From assembly GCA_041744215.1 (NCBI GenBank), contig JBGTLG010000033.1:96001-160000 (forward strand): 64,000 bases of DNA, written 5' to 3'. The position numbers and the translations under genes are program-made. The DNA comes from Fimbriimonadales bacterium. GTDB lineage: Bacteria; Armatimonadota; Fimbriimonadia; Fimbriimonadales; ATM1. Positions 47,233 to 56,890 of this stretch are shown here, piece after piece. The notes beneath the pieces were generated by a model, which did not search any database, had not been told where the DNA came from, and worked only from the letters and a program-made list of their open reading frames with translations. Every line of letters starts with the position of its first letter. Position 1 is the stretch's first letter.

Positions 47233-48594
47233 TCAGGTTTGATGGCGAGAGGGGACCCTCGGCAAGTCGAGTTCGCCCGATTGGGTTGTCGTTGTATAGC
47301 GGATCAAGCGATCGAGAATCACTTTGATGGTGCCAGCGATTGGAAACGCCAGGATCATTCCAAGCAACCCAAACAGCGCAGCGCCAGAGAAAACGACGAA
47401 GAAGCTGACGATCGGGTGCAAATCCACAGACTTGCCAACGACATTTGGGTGGACGAGCATATCCCAACAGATACCCACAACAAGGAAAACTGCAACGCAA
47501 AGGATGCCGTAATAGGTTGACTGGCCGAACTCGATGAAAAGCCAACCAGTTTTTCCGCTTGAGACTACAGCAAGAAAAAGCACCGTTGCAGATAGCCAGT
47601 TTCCGATGTACGGAATAAGATAAAACACACCAAACAGCAACGCGAGAAAGATGCTGTATGGCACACCCAGAATCGTCATCAAGATCGACATGACGACAAC
47701 ATAGAGCGCAATGCTTGTCGTTAGCCCGCGGACATAGGAACCGAGCACCACGCCGATGTCGCCCAGAAGATCCGTAGCCGCCGGTCGAATCGATGGCGGA
47801 ATCCAAGTGACAAACCTTCGTCGGAAGTTGTCGTAGTCGAACAGAAACAACAGCGTAAGAATGGGCGTGAAGATCAAGAAGATAATCGAAGATGTCAGGT
47901 ATTCCAGGATGACATTCGCGCCGCCAAATGCTCCGTTGACCAGGCCCTGGATCGATCTTTCAATTTGCATCCTGATCTGAAATTTTTCGTCGGCCTCTTC
48001 CACAGAAGTCGGCAGCCCTACACGCTTCAGCCACGCCTGATTGCTAACGAAAAACTGATCGACGATGCCGGGTCGAGTCAACTCGTCCCACTTCGCAAGT
48101 ATCTCCGCCCTTGACTGCGGCACGTCGTAGCTGCGAAGCTGCTCATGCATGCTGCGGAAGAACGGCGAGAAGTAACTATCGCTCTTTGCTGGATCAGAAA
48201 TCCACGACTTAAAGTCTGCGGCAGTGGCAGGATAACTCTCAGCACGAAGATTCGACTCGACAGCGGGATCCGCGTAGAAACGGATCAGCGATCCCGGTAA
48301 GACGGTTTCATTGACGTACTTTGTACCGACTTGCTGAATCTCAGATAACTGAGCTGCGGCGCGCGGCGCGACGAGTGCCACAGTCGTGCCCACCACCACG
48401 AAGAAGCCGATGAAAACCGTCCAAACGGCCCAGCCTCGCTTAAATCCACGCATCCGCAACTTGCGAATGATAGGGTCAACCAGAGCCGAGACAAACATCC
48501 CGACGACAAACGGCAAGAGAATCGAGCGTACCGCGTAAAGGAACGCCACGACGACCACAACGATCGCCAGCCACAACAGCACTCTCGATCCCAT
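47233..48594 (-). CDS. AI-2E (PerM) family transporter
   Basis: ILLPFVVG..LVDP, SYVRG, LIPYIG and LHPI...GLLGMILAFP. Confidence 0.88.
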   Translation of the reverse strand: MGSRVLLWLAIVVVVVAFLYAVRSILLPFVVGMFVSALVDPIIRKLRMRGFKRGWAVWTVFIGFFVVVGTTVALVAPRAAAQLSEIQQVGTKYVNETVLPGSLIRFYADPAVESNLRAESYPATAADFKSWISDPAKSDSYFSPFFRSMHEQLRSYDVPQSRAEILAKWDELTRPGIVDQFFVSNQAWLKRVGLPTSVEEADEKFQIRMQIERSIQGLVNGAFGGANVILEYLTSSIIFLIFTPILTLLFLFDYDNFRRRFVTWIPPSIRPAATDLLGDIGVVLGSYVRGLTTSIALYVVVMSILMTILGVPYSIFLALLFGVFYLIPYIGNWLSATVLFLAVVSSGKTGWLFIEFGQSTYYGILCVAVFLVVGICWDMLVHPNVVGKSVDLHPIVSFFVVFSGAALFGLLGMILAFPIAGTIKVILDRLIRYTTTTQSGELDLPRVPSRHQT

Positions 48595-48616
48595 GCAGTA
48601 AGGATGGGACGGTTAG

Positions 48617-48853
48617 TTACGCGCCGACTTCGTCGGCGATGGCGTTCGCAACTTTCATCGCGCCTTCTTTTCGCTGCTTGCCCCACTCCGTCACTTTGTG
48701 CTTGAGCTCGTCAAACTTGTGAGCAAGTTCTTCGCGTGTCTCGGAACCCGACTTCGGAGCGAGCAACAAGCCCGCCGCGGCGCCTACAAGCGCGCCGAGA
48801 CCGACGCCAGCGAGAAAATACAGCATCACATTCCTTTCATTCTGATCATTCAT
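48617..48853 (-). CDS. YtxH-like protein
   Basis: GALVGAAAGLLLAPKSGSETR. Confidence 0.9.
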   Translation of the reverse strand: MNDQNERNVMLYFLAGVGLGALVGAAAGLLLAPKSGSETREELAHKFDELKHKVTEWGKQRKEGAMKVANAIADEVGA

Positions 48854-48856
48854 TTG

Positions 48857-49267
48857 TTATTCCTCCTCCGCCAGCTTGCGGGCGGATAGTGCTTTTTTAG
48901 TATCTGCTTTCCTTGATCTTACTACGCCAAAAACGCCAACGGCGAGGCGAATCGCATCCATCCAGAGCGGCGTGCTTGGCTTCTGGAAAACGCTGGCAAT
49001 CCCCGAGACTGCCTTCACGACCGGTTCCGCCGCCTGGAGGGTCCCAGATGCATTCTCGGCAAGGCTCTCTATCCTCTGGACGGCCTTTCTTGCCTCAGCG
49101 AGCGTCGAGGCTACATCTGTGGTGACGAGCTTATCGACGTGGGCGACCAGCTCATTCACCTTTTGCCCTGTAGCCCCAATTCGCGAGAGCAGCGCCGACA
49201 TAACGAGGAGCAATCCCACGAGAAGAAGGGACTGGACGATGAGCAAAACAACGATGAGCGTATCCAT
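48857..49267 (-). CDS. Membrane-anchored coiled-coil protein (DUF948-like)
   Basis: N-terminal TM followed by heptad-rich helix; directly upstream of ytxH. Confidence 0.65.
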   Translation of the reverse strand: MDTLIVVLLIVQSLLLVGLLLVMSALLSRIGATGQKVNELVAHVDKLVTTDVASTLAEARKAVQRIESLAENASGTLQAAEPVVKAVSGIASVFQKPSTPLWMDAIRLAVGVFGVVRSRKADTKKALSARKLAEEE

Positions 49268-49294
49268 AGCGGCTTGGTGACTCCGGAGTCCCTA

Positions 49295-49657
49295 TTATGC
49301 TTCGCCGGGCGGAGCCGGATTCCCTCCTGGGTCCACAGGCTCCCCAGATTTCGAAAACCTGCTAACTATGTCGACGACCTTCGGGAGGTAGTCAGCCCAC
49401 CCATCTATTTCCGTGCCGAGATCAGCCTCAGTCGAATCATTTTGCGGGATCAATTGGTCTACTTGCCGATTGATTCCCTGAATCGACTCCATCGCTGGCA
49501 CCACCTCTGCTTCCGTAAGCTTCTTCACCGTGAGTTCGAGTTCGGCGATCCTCGCCGCCAATTCAGCGAACTGCTTCCCCAGCTGGATCGCGCGTACGAT
49601 GAGGCCGACCCCAACTGCAGCGGTGAGCGCAGCAAGGCCAATAATCACGTACTCCAT
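49295..49657 (-). CDS. Membrane-anchored hypothetical protein
   Basis: N-terminal TM and coiled coil; coupled to the mnmA stop. Confidence 0.65.
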   Translation of the reverse strand: MEYVIIGLAALTAAVGVGLIVRAIQLGKQFAELAARIAELELTVKKLTEAEVVPAMESIQGINRQVDQLIPQNDSTEADLGTEIDGWADYLPKVVDIVSRFSKSGEPVDPGGNPAPPGEA

Positions 49658-50733
49658 CAGTTGTTTGCTCCTTGTCCGATTATAGTGCCCCCGGAGACAA
49701 CGCCTTCGCCTTTGTAAAAGACGGCGGTCTGCCCCGGTGTCACTGCGCGAACCGGCACGTCGAAGCGCGCCCGCGATGGTGTTCCGGGAAAGACGGTGGC
49801 GGCGACCGGTTGCATGTTGTATCGAATCTTGCCCGTTACCCGCGTGGGTCCGTCGATTTGAGCGACAACGTCTTCGTAGAGCACTTCCCGGCTCAACAAC
49901 TGATCGTCCGAGCCGATCACAACCCGATTGGACTTTGGATCCACTTTCAAAACGTAAACGGGCCTACCGCCCACGTTCATCCCGAGTCCTCGTCGCTGGC
50001 CGACAGTGTAAAGCGCAACGCCGCCATGTTCGCCAATGACGTTCCCAGAAGTGTCGACGACCTCTCCCCGCTCGTGCGATTGCGGACGAGATTTCTTCAT
50101 GAATTCGCGATATCCGCCAGCTTCACTAACAAAACAAATCTCTTGTGAGTCTGGTTTTGACCAAACGGACAGCCCGAGATCACTCGCGATTTCGCGCGTC
50201 TCCCGTTTGCCCGGCAATTCACCGAGCGGAAACCGCGTTCGCGACAACTGCTGCTGATTGAGCATATACACGGCGTAACTCTGATCCTTTTCCCTGGCCC
50301 GGGCGCGAAGCAATCGCCACCGACCCTTGTAGTTACGTACGCGCGCGTAGTGCCCAGTTGCTAAGAATTCACAACCAATTTCGTCGGCCTTCTTCATAAG
50401 CAGGTCGAACTTCACACGTCGATTGCATTCAACGCATGGATTGGGCGTACGGCCCGACTCATACTCGTCGAGGAAGTAGTCGATAACAGTTTGGCGAAAC
50501 TCGTCGCGCATGTTGACAACATAGTACGGAATTCCAAGCCTGGACGCAACCCGGCGCGCATCTTCGACGGCGCCCAATGAGCAACACCCCGCATGTCGAG
50601 GGTCAGTCTGGCTTTCCTGCCAAATCTGCATCGTAACTCCGACAACGTCGTATCCGCGCCGAACCATCAGGGCGGCCACAACACTGGAATCCACCCCGCC
50701 GGACATTGCTACGAGAACCCGACGCTTCGCCAT
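49657..50733 (-). CDS. mnmA: tRNA 2-thiouridylase
   Basis: AMSGGVDSS, TPNPCVECN, ATGHYA, KDQSY, DSQEICF and TPGQ. Confidence 0.97.
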   Translation of the reverse strand: MAKRRVLVAMSGGVDSSVVAALMVRRGYDVVGVTMQIWQESQTDPRHAGCCSLGAVEDARRVASRLGIPYYVVNMRDEFRQTVIDYFLDEYESGRTPNPCVECNRRVKFDLLMKKADEIGCEFLATGHYARVRNYKGRWRLLRARAREKDQSYAVYMLNQQQLSRTRFPLGELPGKRETREIASDLGLSVWSKPDSQEICFVSEAGGYREFMKKSRPQSHERGEVVDTSGNVIGEHGGVALYTVGQRRGLGMNVGGRPVYVLKVDPKSNRVVIGSDDQLLSREVLYEDVVAQIDGPTRVTGKIRYNMQPVAATVFPGTPSRARFDVPVRAVTPGQTAVFYKGEGVVSGGTIIGQGANN

Positions 50734-50746
50734 AAGACGCCTAAGT

Positions 50747-51889
50747 TTACCGGCGGACGAAGCCTCGGCTCCTTAGTTCGGCATCCGAGAGGAGTTCTTT
50801 GATGCCGTCGCCGGTCGAGCTTAGGAAACTCCCGTTCGGATAGCGCACATACCAGGTTGGCGTCATGTTTACGCCTAGCTTGTAAGCATCCAGCCGGTCC
50901 TGGTGCACAGCCTCCGAAAACGGCTTGCGAAAATCAATGTCATCGATGACCCTCTTTGCTTCGTTTGCGTCCATTTCTAAGAGTGTTATAAGATTCAGCA
51001 TCGAGTCGTGATCTGCTTGATCTTGGTTCTTCATCATAAGGTCAACAAACTCGAAGAACTTCCCTTTGGATTTTGCCCATTCTGCTAGGATCGCGGCGGT
51101 CCCGGAGTTTGGATGCGTGGCGATCAACGGGAAATGTCGATAGATCAGTCGCGCTTGTCCACTAAGGCGGTTTTCAATGGTCTGCTTTACGAACTCGTGG
51201 TTTCGGGCGCAGCTTGGACAATGGAGGTCTGAGAACGCGACAATTGTGATTGGCGCATCCTTGGGGCCGAGAGAAGCTGAGGTTTCCCTAATCAATTCAA
51301 TTTCGTTGTTGGGCACAACTTCTTGAATATTGAGCGCTAAACGAGCCCCTTCTTTCGAGGTGATGAAACCCCACCCTGCGCCTCCTAAGACGATTACCCC
51401 TCCGACGATTGCCATTCCTATGATGGGTATCGACTTGCCCGCGCCAAACTCTTTCTTCGATAGGCCGAGCGTCTGGGTCACCAAACCGAGAAACATGATC
51501 ACGCCACTCGCCCAACACCAACTGCACATCGCCCGGATCTCGAAGGTTGCGTGAGCCAACATGACGACGCTAACGACGGTGCCAGCAAAAAGCAATCCCC
51601 AAAGCCAACCTCCAACTTCTCGCGTGTTTGAGACCCCACGCGCCTCGCGCACCATCGTGAGCAGAATCGCGAGCAGATACAAAGATGCACCGAAGAACGC
51701 GGTGGGAACCCCTTGAACCCACGCCCAGGTGTCGCCTGCGATCTGGTCACAACCTGATACCTGGCCCTGGGCCACCTCCCCGCAAGGAAGGCTTGCGCCG
51801 AACATATGGAAGAACCCGGTAATGAGTGCAACGGCGGCGCCGCAGCACGCGAGAAGAAACACGATTCGATTAGATAGGTCTGGCCTCAT
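50747..51889 (-). CDS. VKOR-DsbA fusion (disulfide formation)
   Basis: VKOR loop cysteines and CSWC; thioredoxin domain SDLHCPSC, YRHFPL and GVNMTP. Confidence 0.9.
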   Translation of the reverse strand: MRPDLSNRIVFLLACCGAAVALITGFFHMFGASLPCGEVAQGQVSGCDQIAGDTWAWVQGVPTAFFGASLYLLAILLTMVREARGVSNTREVGGWLWGLLFAGTVVSVVMLAHATFEIRAMCSWCWASGVIMFLGLVTQTLGLSKKEFGAGKSIPIIGMAIVGGVIVLGGAGWGFITSKEGARLALNIQEVVPNNEIELIRETSASLGPKDAPITIVAFSDLHCPSCARNHEFVKQTIENRLSGQARLIYRHFPLIATHPNSGTAAILAEWAKSKGKFFEFVDLMMKNQDQADHDSMLNLITLLEMDANEAKRVIDDIDFRKPFSEAVHQDRLDAYKLGVNMTPTWYVRYPNGSFLSSTGDGIKELLSDAELRSRGFVRR

Positions 51890-52045
51890 ATCAAGTCGCT
51901 ATTGTGACGGGACTAACGGCCCGAACGCACCTAATCCAATACAACACCGAAACCCGAACGAAGATTCCTCGTCGAAATAGATGCGCATGTCCTCCAGGGG
52001 TCGAGGTCAAAAATAGCCTTAAGAGGCTCCCCGACCCCGCTCGAG

Positions 52046-52597
52046 TTGAGAGGCCGAGTCAATGAAGACTCGGCCTCGCTCATTTGGTTGACATCCTTGG
52101 CGGGAGTGACCTATGGGTCTGTGAAATCACAGACTTATCGCGAAGCGGTGTTGAAGGTGGCGCAGTCAGAATTGAAGCAAGGCGCACGGGAAATCGGTGG
52201 AAACAACCGGGGCCCATTCGTCGACAAGTACTTAGCCCCGAGCGGAGTCCGCGCACCGCAGCCCTGGTGCGCCGCGTTCGTTTCATGGTGCCTGCTGCGA
52301 GCAGCTCAAGACCAGCAAGTTCGCCCACCTCTGCCCTATCTGATCCGAGTGAGGTCGGTTTGGTCCGAAGCGAACAGGCGGGGCTGGGTGACCGAGGATC
52401 CACAACCTGGCGACTTAGTGGTTTGGTGGCGAGGGAGCAAGACAGGGCCCCTCGGCCATATAGGCATCGTTGAGGCCAGGGCGGGCAGCCTTCTTGGCAC
52501 GATTGAGGGGAACCGGACGTCGCGTGTGGCTCAGTTTTCCTATCGCTTAGGGCGGATGCCCCGGCTACTGGGGTTTGTTCGAATCGACATCGACTGA
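52046..52597 (+). CDS. CHAP-like peptidoglycan hydrolase (start uncertain)
   Basis: PWCAAFVSW, PGDLVV, GHIGIV and IEGN. Confidence 0.85.
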   Translation: MRGRVNEDSASLIWLTSLAGVTYGSVKSQTYREAVLKVAQSELKQGAREIGGNNRGPFVDKYLAPSGVRAPQPWCAAFVSWCLLRAAQDQQVRPPLPYLIRVRSVWSEANRRGWVTEDPQPGDLVVWWRGSKTGPLGHIGIVEARAGSLLGTIEGNRTSRVAQFSYRLGRMPRLLGFVRIDID

Positions 52598-52645
52598 CCC
52601 GACCCTGTCAGATTTGTCGATTTTGCTCAACTTAGCTGGAATATA

Positions 52646-52672
52646 GAACACATCGTGGAACTGAGTCGTCTA
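52646..52672 (+). promoter_or_regulatory. Candidate ECF-sigma promoter (autoregulatory)
   Basis: GAAC-N17-CGTCTA, about 30 bp upstream of the ECF sigma gene. Confidence 0.55.
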
Positions 52673-52701
52673 AGCGGTTGTTGACACTTGCAGGAGACAC
52701 G

Positions 52702-53316
52702 ATGAGTACCGACGCAGCTACGATCCTTCCTCTTCGCAACACCGCCTCCTTTGAGGAACTCATGGAACGGACCTATAAAAAGGTCTACAACATGGCCTAT
52801 CGACTTTCCGGAAATGCGGCCGATGCAGAGGATCTTACTCAGGAAGCTTATTTTAGGGCACTGCGCAGCTTCAACACTTATGAGGGCGATAAGCCGTTCG
52901 AAAACTGGATTTTCCGCATTCTTTCGCGACTTTTCTTGGATTTACTGCGGTACCGCAAGCGGCGAGTACCGACCGTGAGCTACGACGCACCCATCCCCCA
53001 AGACGGCGACGACAACCTTTTTTTTGACAAAGCCGATGAGACACCTGACCCTGAGCAGAGCCTGTTCGGCGGAATCGTCGGAGAACAGATGGAGGCCGCA
53101 CTTAAGACTCTTTCTCCCGACCAGCGCCTGATCGTCCTCCTCGCCGACGTCGAGGGGATGCCATACAAAGATATAGCCGACATCGTCGGCGCACCGATTG
53201 GAACGATCCGCAGCCGCCTGCACCGGACGCACAAAGCGCTTCGTAAGGCGTTGCTGAACTGGGAAAAATCGAACCCTAACCACATCGGCAACATGAAGCT
53301 GTGCAGCGCGCTTTAG
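52702..53316 (+). CDS. ECF RNA polymerase sigma factor
   Basis: DAEDLTQE, FENWIFRI, EGMPYKDIA..GTIRSRLHR; aggag RBS. Confidence 0.93.
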   Translation: MSTDAATILPLRNTASFEELMERTYKKVYNMAYRLSGNAADAEDLTQEAYFRALRSFNTYEGDKPFENWIFRILSRLFLDLLRYRKRRVPTVSYDAPIPQDGDDNLFFDKADETPDPEQSLFGGIVGEQMEAALKTLSPDQRLIVLLADVEGMPYKDIADIVGAPIGTIRSRLHRTHKALRKALLNWEKSNPNHIGNMKLCSAL

Positions 53317-53417
53317 CGCAGCGAGCCTCCTCTCTCTACAGCAAGTATCCCCGCACACGCGCCAAGCCGCGCGGACTCGGCGAAGGTCCCGCGCAGTAGA
53401 ATAAGAAGGGCGGGAAC

Positions 53418-56006
53418 ATGTCTCCTCGCGCAGAACCAAAGGCCTTCTTGTTTACGGACATTGTTGGGAGTACCGAGCAATGGGAACTTGATCGTGCGCG
53501 GATGGGCGTCGCACTGTCGCTCCACGACGACGCGCTCAGAAACGCGATCGCGTCGTGCGGGGGCCACCTCTTCAAGCACACGGGCGATGGAGTCTGCGCG
53601 GCATTTTCCAGTGCCCGTGACGCCGTGGGTGCGGCGCTCGATGCTCATCGAAGGTTGAGTAAAGTCGAGTGGCCGGAAGGGTGTGGCTTGCAGGTGCGAA
53701 TGGCGATTCACGCCGGTCCCGCGCAAGAGCGTAGCGGCGACTACTTCGGACCAACAGTTAACCGGACCGCTCGACTTCTCTCTGTCGCGAGTGTCGGCCA
53801 AGTGGTGTTGAGCGAGACCGCCTCTCGGGCGGCAAAAGTTGGCACGCTCGAAAACGGTGCCTCGCGCTACCTCGGGTCCTTCAGATTCAAGGGCATAGAG
53901 ACGTCGATGCGAACGTATGTCCTCGTTCATCCTGATCTTCCCATCTCTGAGACGAGCGGTAACAACAGCTCCCGTTCAAAGAAGCCGAAACACAATCTGC
54001 AAGAGGATGAGCGACCGTTTATTGGGCGACAAGCAGAACTTGCGAACTTGCGGCATCGCTTTCTTTCGGAGCGACAGCGATTGGTCACGATCACCGGTAT
54101 CGGCGGTATGGGGAAGACTCGGCTTTCGCGGCAATTCGCGCGGACGGCAGCATCCGACTTTGCTGACGGCGCAGTGTTCGTCGAATGCGAGTCTGCAAGC
54201 ACTCGAGACGAAATCGCGTCGGTGATCGCCACGACGTTAGGCATTCCGTCAGGCAGTGTCAGTCCTGTGGAGGCTATCGAAAAGCATCTCTTCAAACGGG
54301 AGATGCTGCTTGTCTTGGATTGCTTCGAGGGCGCAGTTGAACACGCACGATTAGTGGAGCAACTCATCGCAAGCTGTCCTAGCGTGCGCGTACTTGTGAC
54401 GAGCCGGGTCGTGCTTGGCGTTCCCCGCGAACATGAACTTCCGCTTCAGCCCCTCGCTGGGAACGAGCGATCCCGCATCAATGACGCAGTCGAGCTCTTC
54501 TTAGAGTGCGCAGGCCACGTAGTCGACGGACTCGACGTTACGAGACAAACCCGCAAGATTGTGTCAGATATTGTCGAACGTCTGGAGTGCGTGCCGCTCT
54601 CGCTCGTACTGGCTGCTTCGCGACTGCGCTATGTGTCTCTCAACGAGCTGCGAGCGACGCTCGACATCGAGCGCATCTCCGTATTGCACCGCAGGCAGCC
54701 GGGAACCGACCGACACGCGCGCATCGTCGACGTTATCGCGGGCTCACTACAGCTTCTTCCCGAAACAACGAAGCAGGCCTTCGTGGAACTGAGTGTTTTC
54801 ACTGGCGGATTCACGCGCTCGGCTGCAGCGGAGGTGTGCGGCCGAAATGTGGCAGAAGAAATCGAGCTGCTCCGCGACCACAGTCTTGTTGTCATGTCCA
54901 GTGCTGGCATTGAAACTCGATACAGAATTCTGGACACACTCCGCGAGTACGCGCTATCAACAGCAGATTGTAAACAACTTGAGTCCGCAAAGCAGCGACA
55001 TTCAGCATGGTTCGCTCACATCGCGACAGCGATCCGGGAATCATCGGAACGCGGCGAATGGGAATCCGCAACCGCAACTCTACACCAAGAACTCGGCAAT
55101 CTGAAATCAGGAATCGCATACGCTATTGAGACCCATCAACACGCACTCATCCGCGACTATGCGAACGGACTACTACGCTCTCTATTCGAAAATGGACTTT
55201 ATGCAGAGTTCGAATCACTCAGCACAGGAGCGATCCGCGCGAGCACCTCGTTAGAAGACCTGAATCTCACGATCATGGTGTTGGGGCTAAAAGGCGCACT
55301 TCAGTCCCGGCTCGGAGACGACTTAGAAGCTGAAAAGACATGGAAAGAACGCCTGAATCGCTGTGCTGAAGCCAACAACCAAGAACAGGCCGCGGACACG
55401 CTGATTGATCTGGCGAACATCGCCAGATCATCAGGAAATCTCGAAGTCGCTCGCGCCTACGTAACTGATGCTGAACGCGCTGCAACTGAGGCGGGCATCC
55501 CGGGATTACTGGCGACGGTAGTCGTTGCCCGAATCGACTTAATGATTCAGGAGGGAAACCGCAGCGAGGCTGAGGAGTTGGCTGTCCGGCTGTCAAAAGA
55601 GGCATCGGATCCGAGCGCGGCAGACTACTGGTTATACGTGTTCGGATCGCTCGGACGCATCTTTGGAGAACTCGGCAAGTTTAGGGATGCGGTCGCAGCA
55701 CTGAATCGCGCTCTCGACCTCGCTATGAAGGCCGACAGAAAATTCGCCGCCGGTTTCGCGTTGGCGCACATCGGTCAGGCGCTGTCACGCCTTGATAGAG
55801 TCGATGCCGCCTACGCCGCGCTCTGCGCCTCCACAAAACTCCATTCCCACCTCAAATCAAAGATGCGAAAGGGGAGTTCCGCCGCCTTCCGCAGATTTCG
55901 CAACAGACAGCGAGAGTACGACTCGACCCCGGACGCCGCACGGGTACGCGGATTAGAATGGGAGGTGCTCGCGACAAGGGTCTTGGCCCTGGCTGAAGGC
56001 GATTGA
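53418..56006 (+). CDS. Class III adenylate cyclase - STAND NTPase - TPR protein
   Basis: FTDIVGST, KHTGDG, DYFGPTVNRTARL; Walker A GIGGMGKT; LLVLDCFE; TSR; C-terminal TPR-like helices. Confidence 0.9.
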   Translation: MSPRAEPKAFLFTDIVGSTEQWELDRARMGVALSLHDDALRNAIASCGGHLFKHTGDGVCAAFSSARDAVGAALDAHRRLSKVEWPEGCGLQVRMAIHAGPAQERSGDYFGPTVNRTARLLSVASVGQVVLSETASRAAKVGTLENGASRYLGSFRFKGIETSMRTYVLVHPDLPISETSGNNSSRSKKPKHNLQEDERPFIGRQAELANLRHRFLSERQRLVTITGIGGMGKTRLSRQFARTAASDFADGAVFVECESASTRDEIASVIATTLGIPSGSVSPVEAIEKHLFKREMLLVLDCFEGAVEHARLVEQLIASCPSVRVLVTSRVVLGVPREHELPLQPLAGNERSRINDAVELFLECAGHVVDGLDVTRQTRKIVSDIVERLECVPLSLVLAASRLRYVSLNELRATLDIERISVLHRRQPGTDRHARIVDVIAGSLQLLPETTKQAFVELSVFTGGFTRSAAAEVCGRNVAEEIELLRDHSLVVMSSAGIETRYRILDTLREYALSTADCKQLESAKQRHSAWFAHIATAIRESSERGEWESATATLHQELGNLKSGIAYAIETHQHALIRDYANGLLRSLFENGLYAEFESLSTGAIRASTSLEDLNLTIMVLGLKGALQSRLGDDLEAEKTWKERLNRCAEANNQEQAADTLIDLANIARSSGNLEVARAYVTDAERAATEAGIPGLLATVVVARIDLMIQEGNRSEAEELAVRLSKEASDPSAADYWLYVFGSLGRIFGELGKFRDAVAALNRALDLAMKADRKFAAGFALAHIGQALSRLDRVDAAYAALCASTKLHSHLKSKMRKGSSAAFRRFRNRQREYDSTPDAARVRGLEWEVLATRVLALAEGD

Positions 56007-56800
56007 AGGACTATCAGGGGGCTGCGGCGAAGCTAGTTGTCACCCCGGAGACGCCGGGAATGGAGGAGTTAATTATGTTTGACAGTCTCTTTGAGTACCA
56101 GAAACCGATTCAGTCACGCCTGGTTCAACTTGATCATGAGGGTAAGGACCTCTTGTGGTTTGAAGATCACCATTGGAAGAGCATCGCCGGGATGTTCTTG
56201 AACCCTCAATCTTGGGCGGGCAATCGACACTCGATCGCGGATCGATTCTTTATCTACGTATCGGAACCTCGCAGAACCGGACCCGATCTAGCAGACGGCC
56301 ACGTCAGGGTGACAGGGATCGAAGGTACGGGAATGTTGCTCGTCGAAGGCAAGATGCTCGCGCAGACGCCGGTCGATAGGAAGCCGCTGCAAGACCTGAT
56401 CGCTGATGGCGACCTAGTAATGCCATCCGACCTCTTGGAAGTCACGGAGATTCGAGGAGAACGAGACGCGTATTTTCACCTGCAGTTGCCTTCCGACCCA
56501 GCTCAAGGAGCGCTCGCAGCGTGGCACCTTGCCGCTGTCAGCGGCAGTTTCCGGGCGGTCGAGGCGTTTTGCAGGCAGGAAACCAGAACTGTGCGGCGAC
56601 CGGATGGCTCGCTCGACTCCGCAGTCCCAGCAGGGCCGCGTCGGACACAGCATCACTACACTCCAACTGCAGGCATGAGGTTCTATACCGAAGGTGATGT
56701 GAATCTTCCGAAGCCACCTTGCCTTGTCGGTCCGGGGACTCAGTCGCTAAGCTATCCAGACACCTACGAATACGACACCCTGATCATGAAGATGTACTGA
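56003..56800 (+). CDS. Hypothetical protein
   Basis: Up to 265-aa ORF overlapping the STAND stop (TTGA); alternative ATG near 56075 after ggagg. Confidence 0.65.
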   Translation: MKDYQGAAAKLVVTPETPGMEELIMFDSLFEYQKPIQSRLVQLDHEGKDLLWFEDHHWKSIAGMFLNPQSWAGNRHSIADRFFIYVSEPRRTGPDLADGHVRVTGIEGTGMLLVEGKMLAQTPVDRKPLQDLIADGDLVMPSDLLEVTEIRGERDAYFHLQLPSDPAQGALAAWHLAAVSGSFRAVEAFCRQETRTVRRPDGSLDSAVPAGPRRTQHHYTPTAGMRFYTEGDVNLPKPPCLVGPGTQSLSYPDTYEYDTLIMKMY

Positions 56801-56890
56801 GTGCGACCGTGAAGCGGCGCGGATGGATTCCGCAGTTCGAAGGCGCGGCTCGGATATAATTCCGCCATAGAAGCCGAAAAGGAGCAAGCG

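Noticed and set aside
52046-52597. Prophage endolysin / prophage remnant
   Set aside because: No holin, structural or integrase genes nearby.
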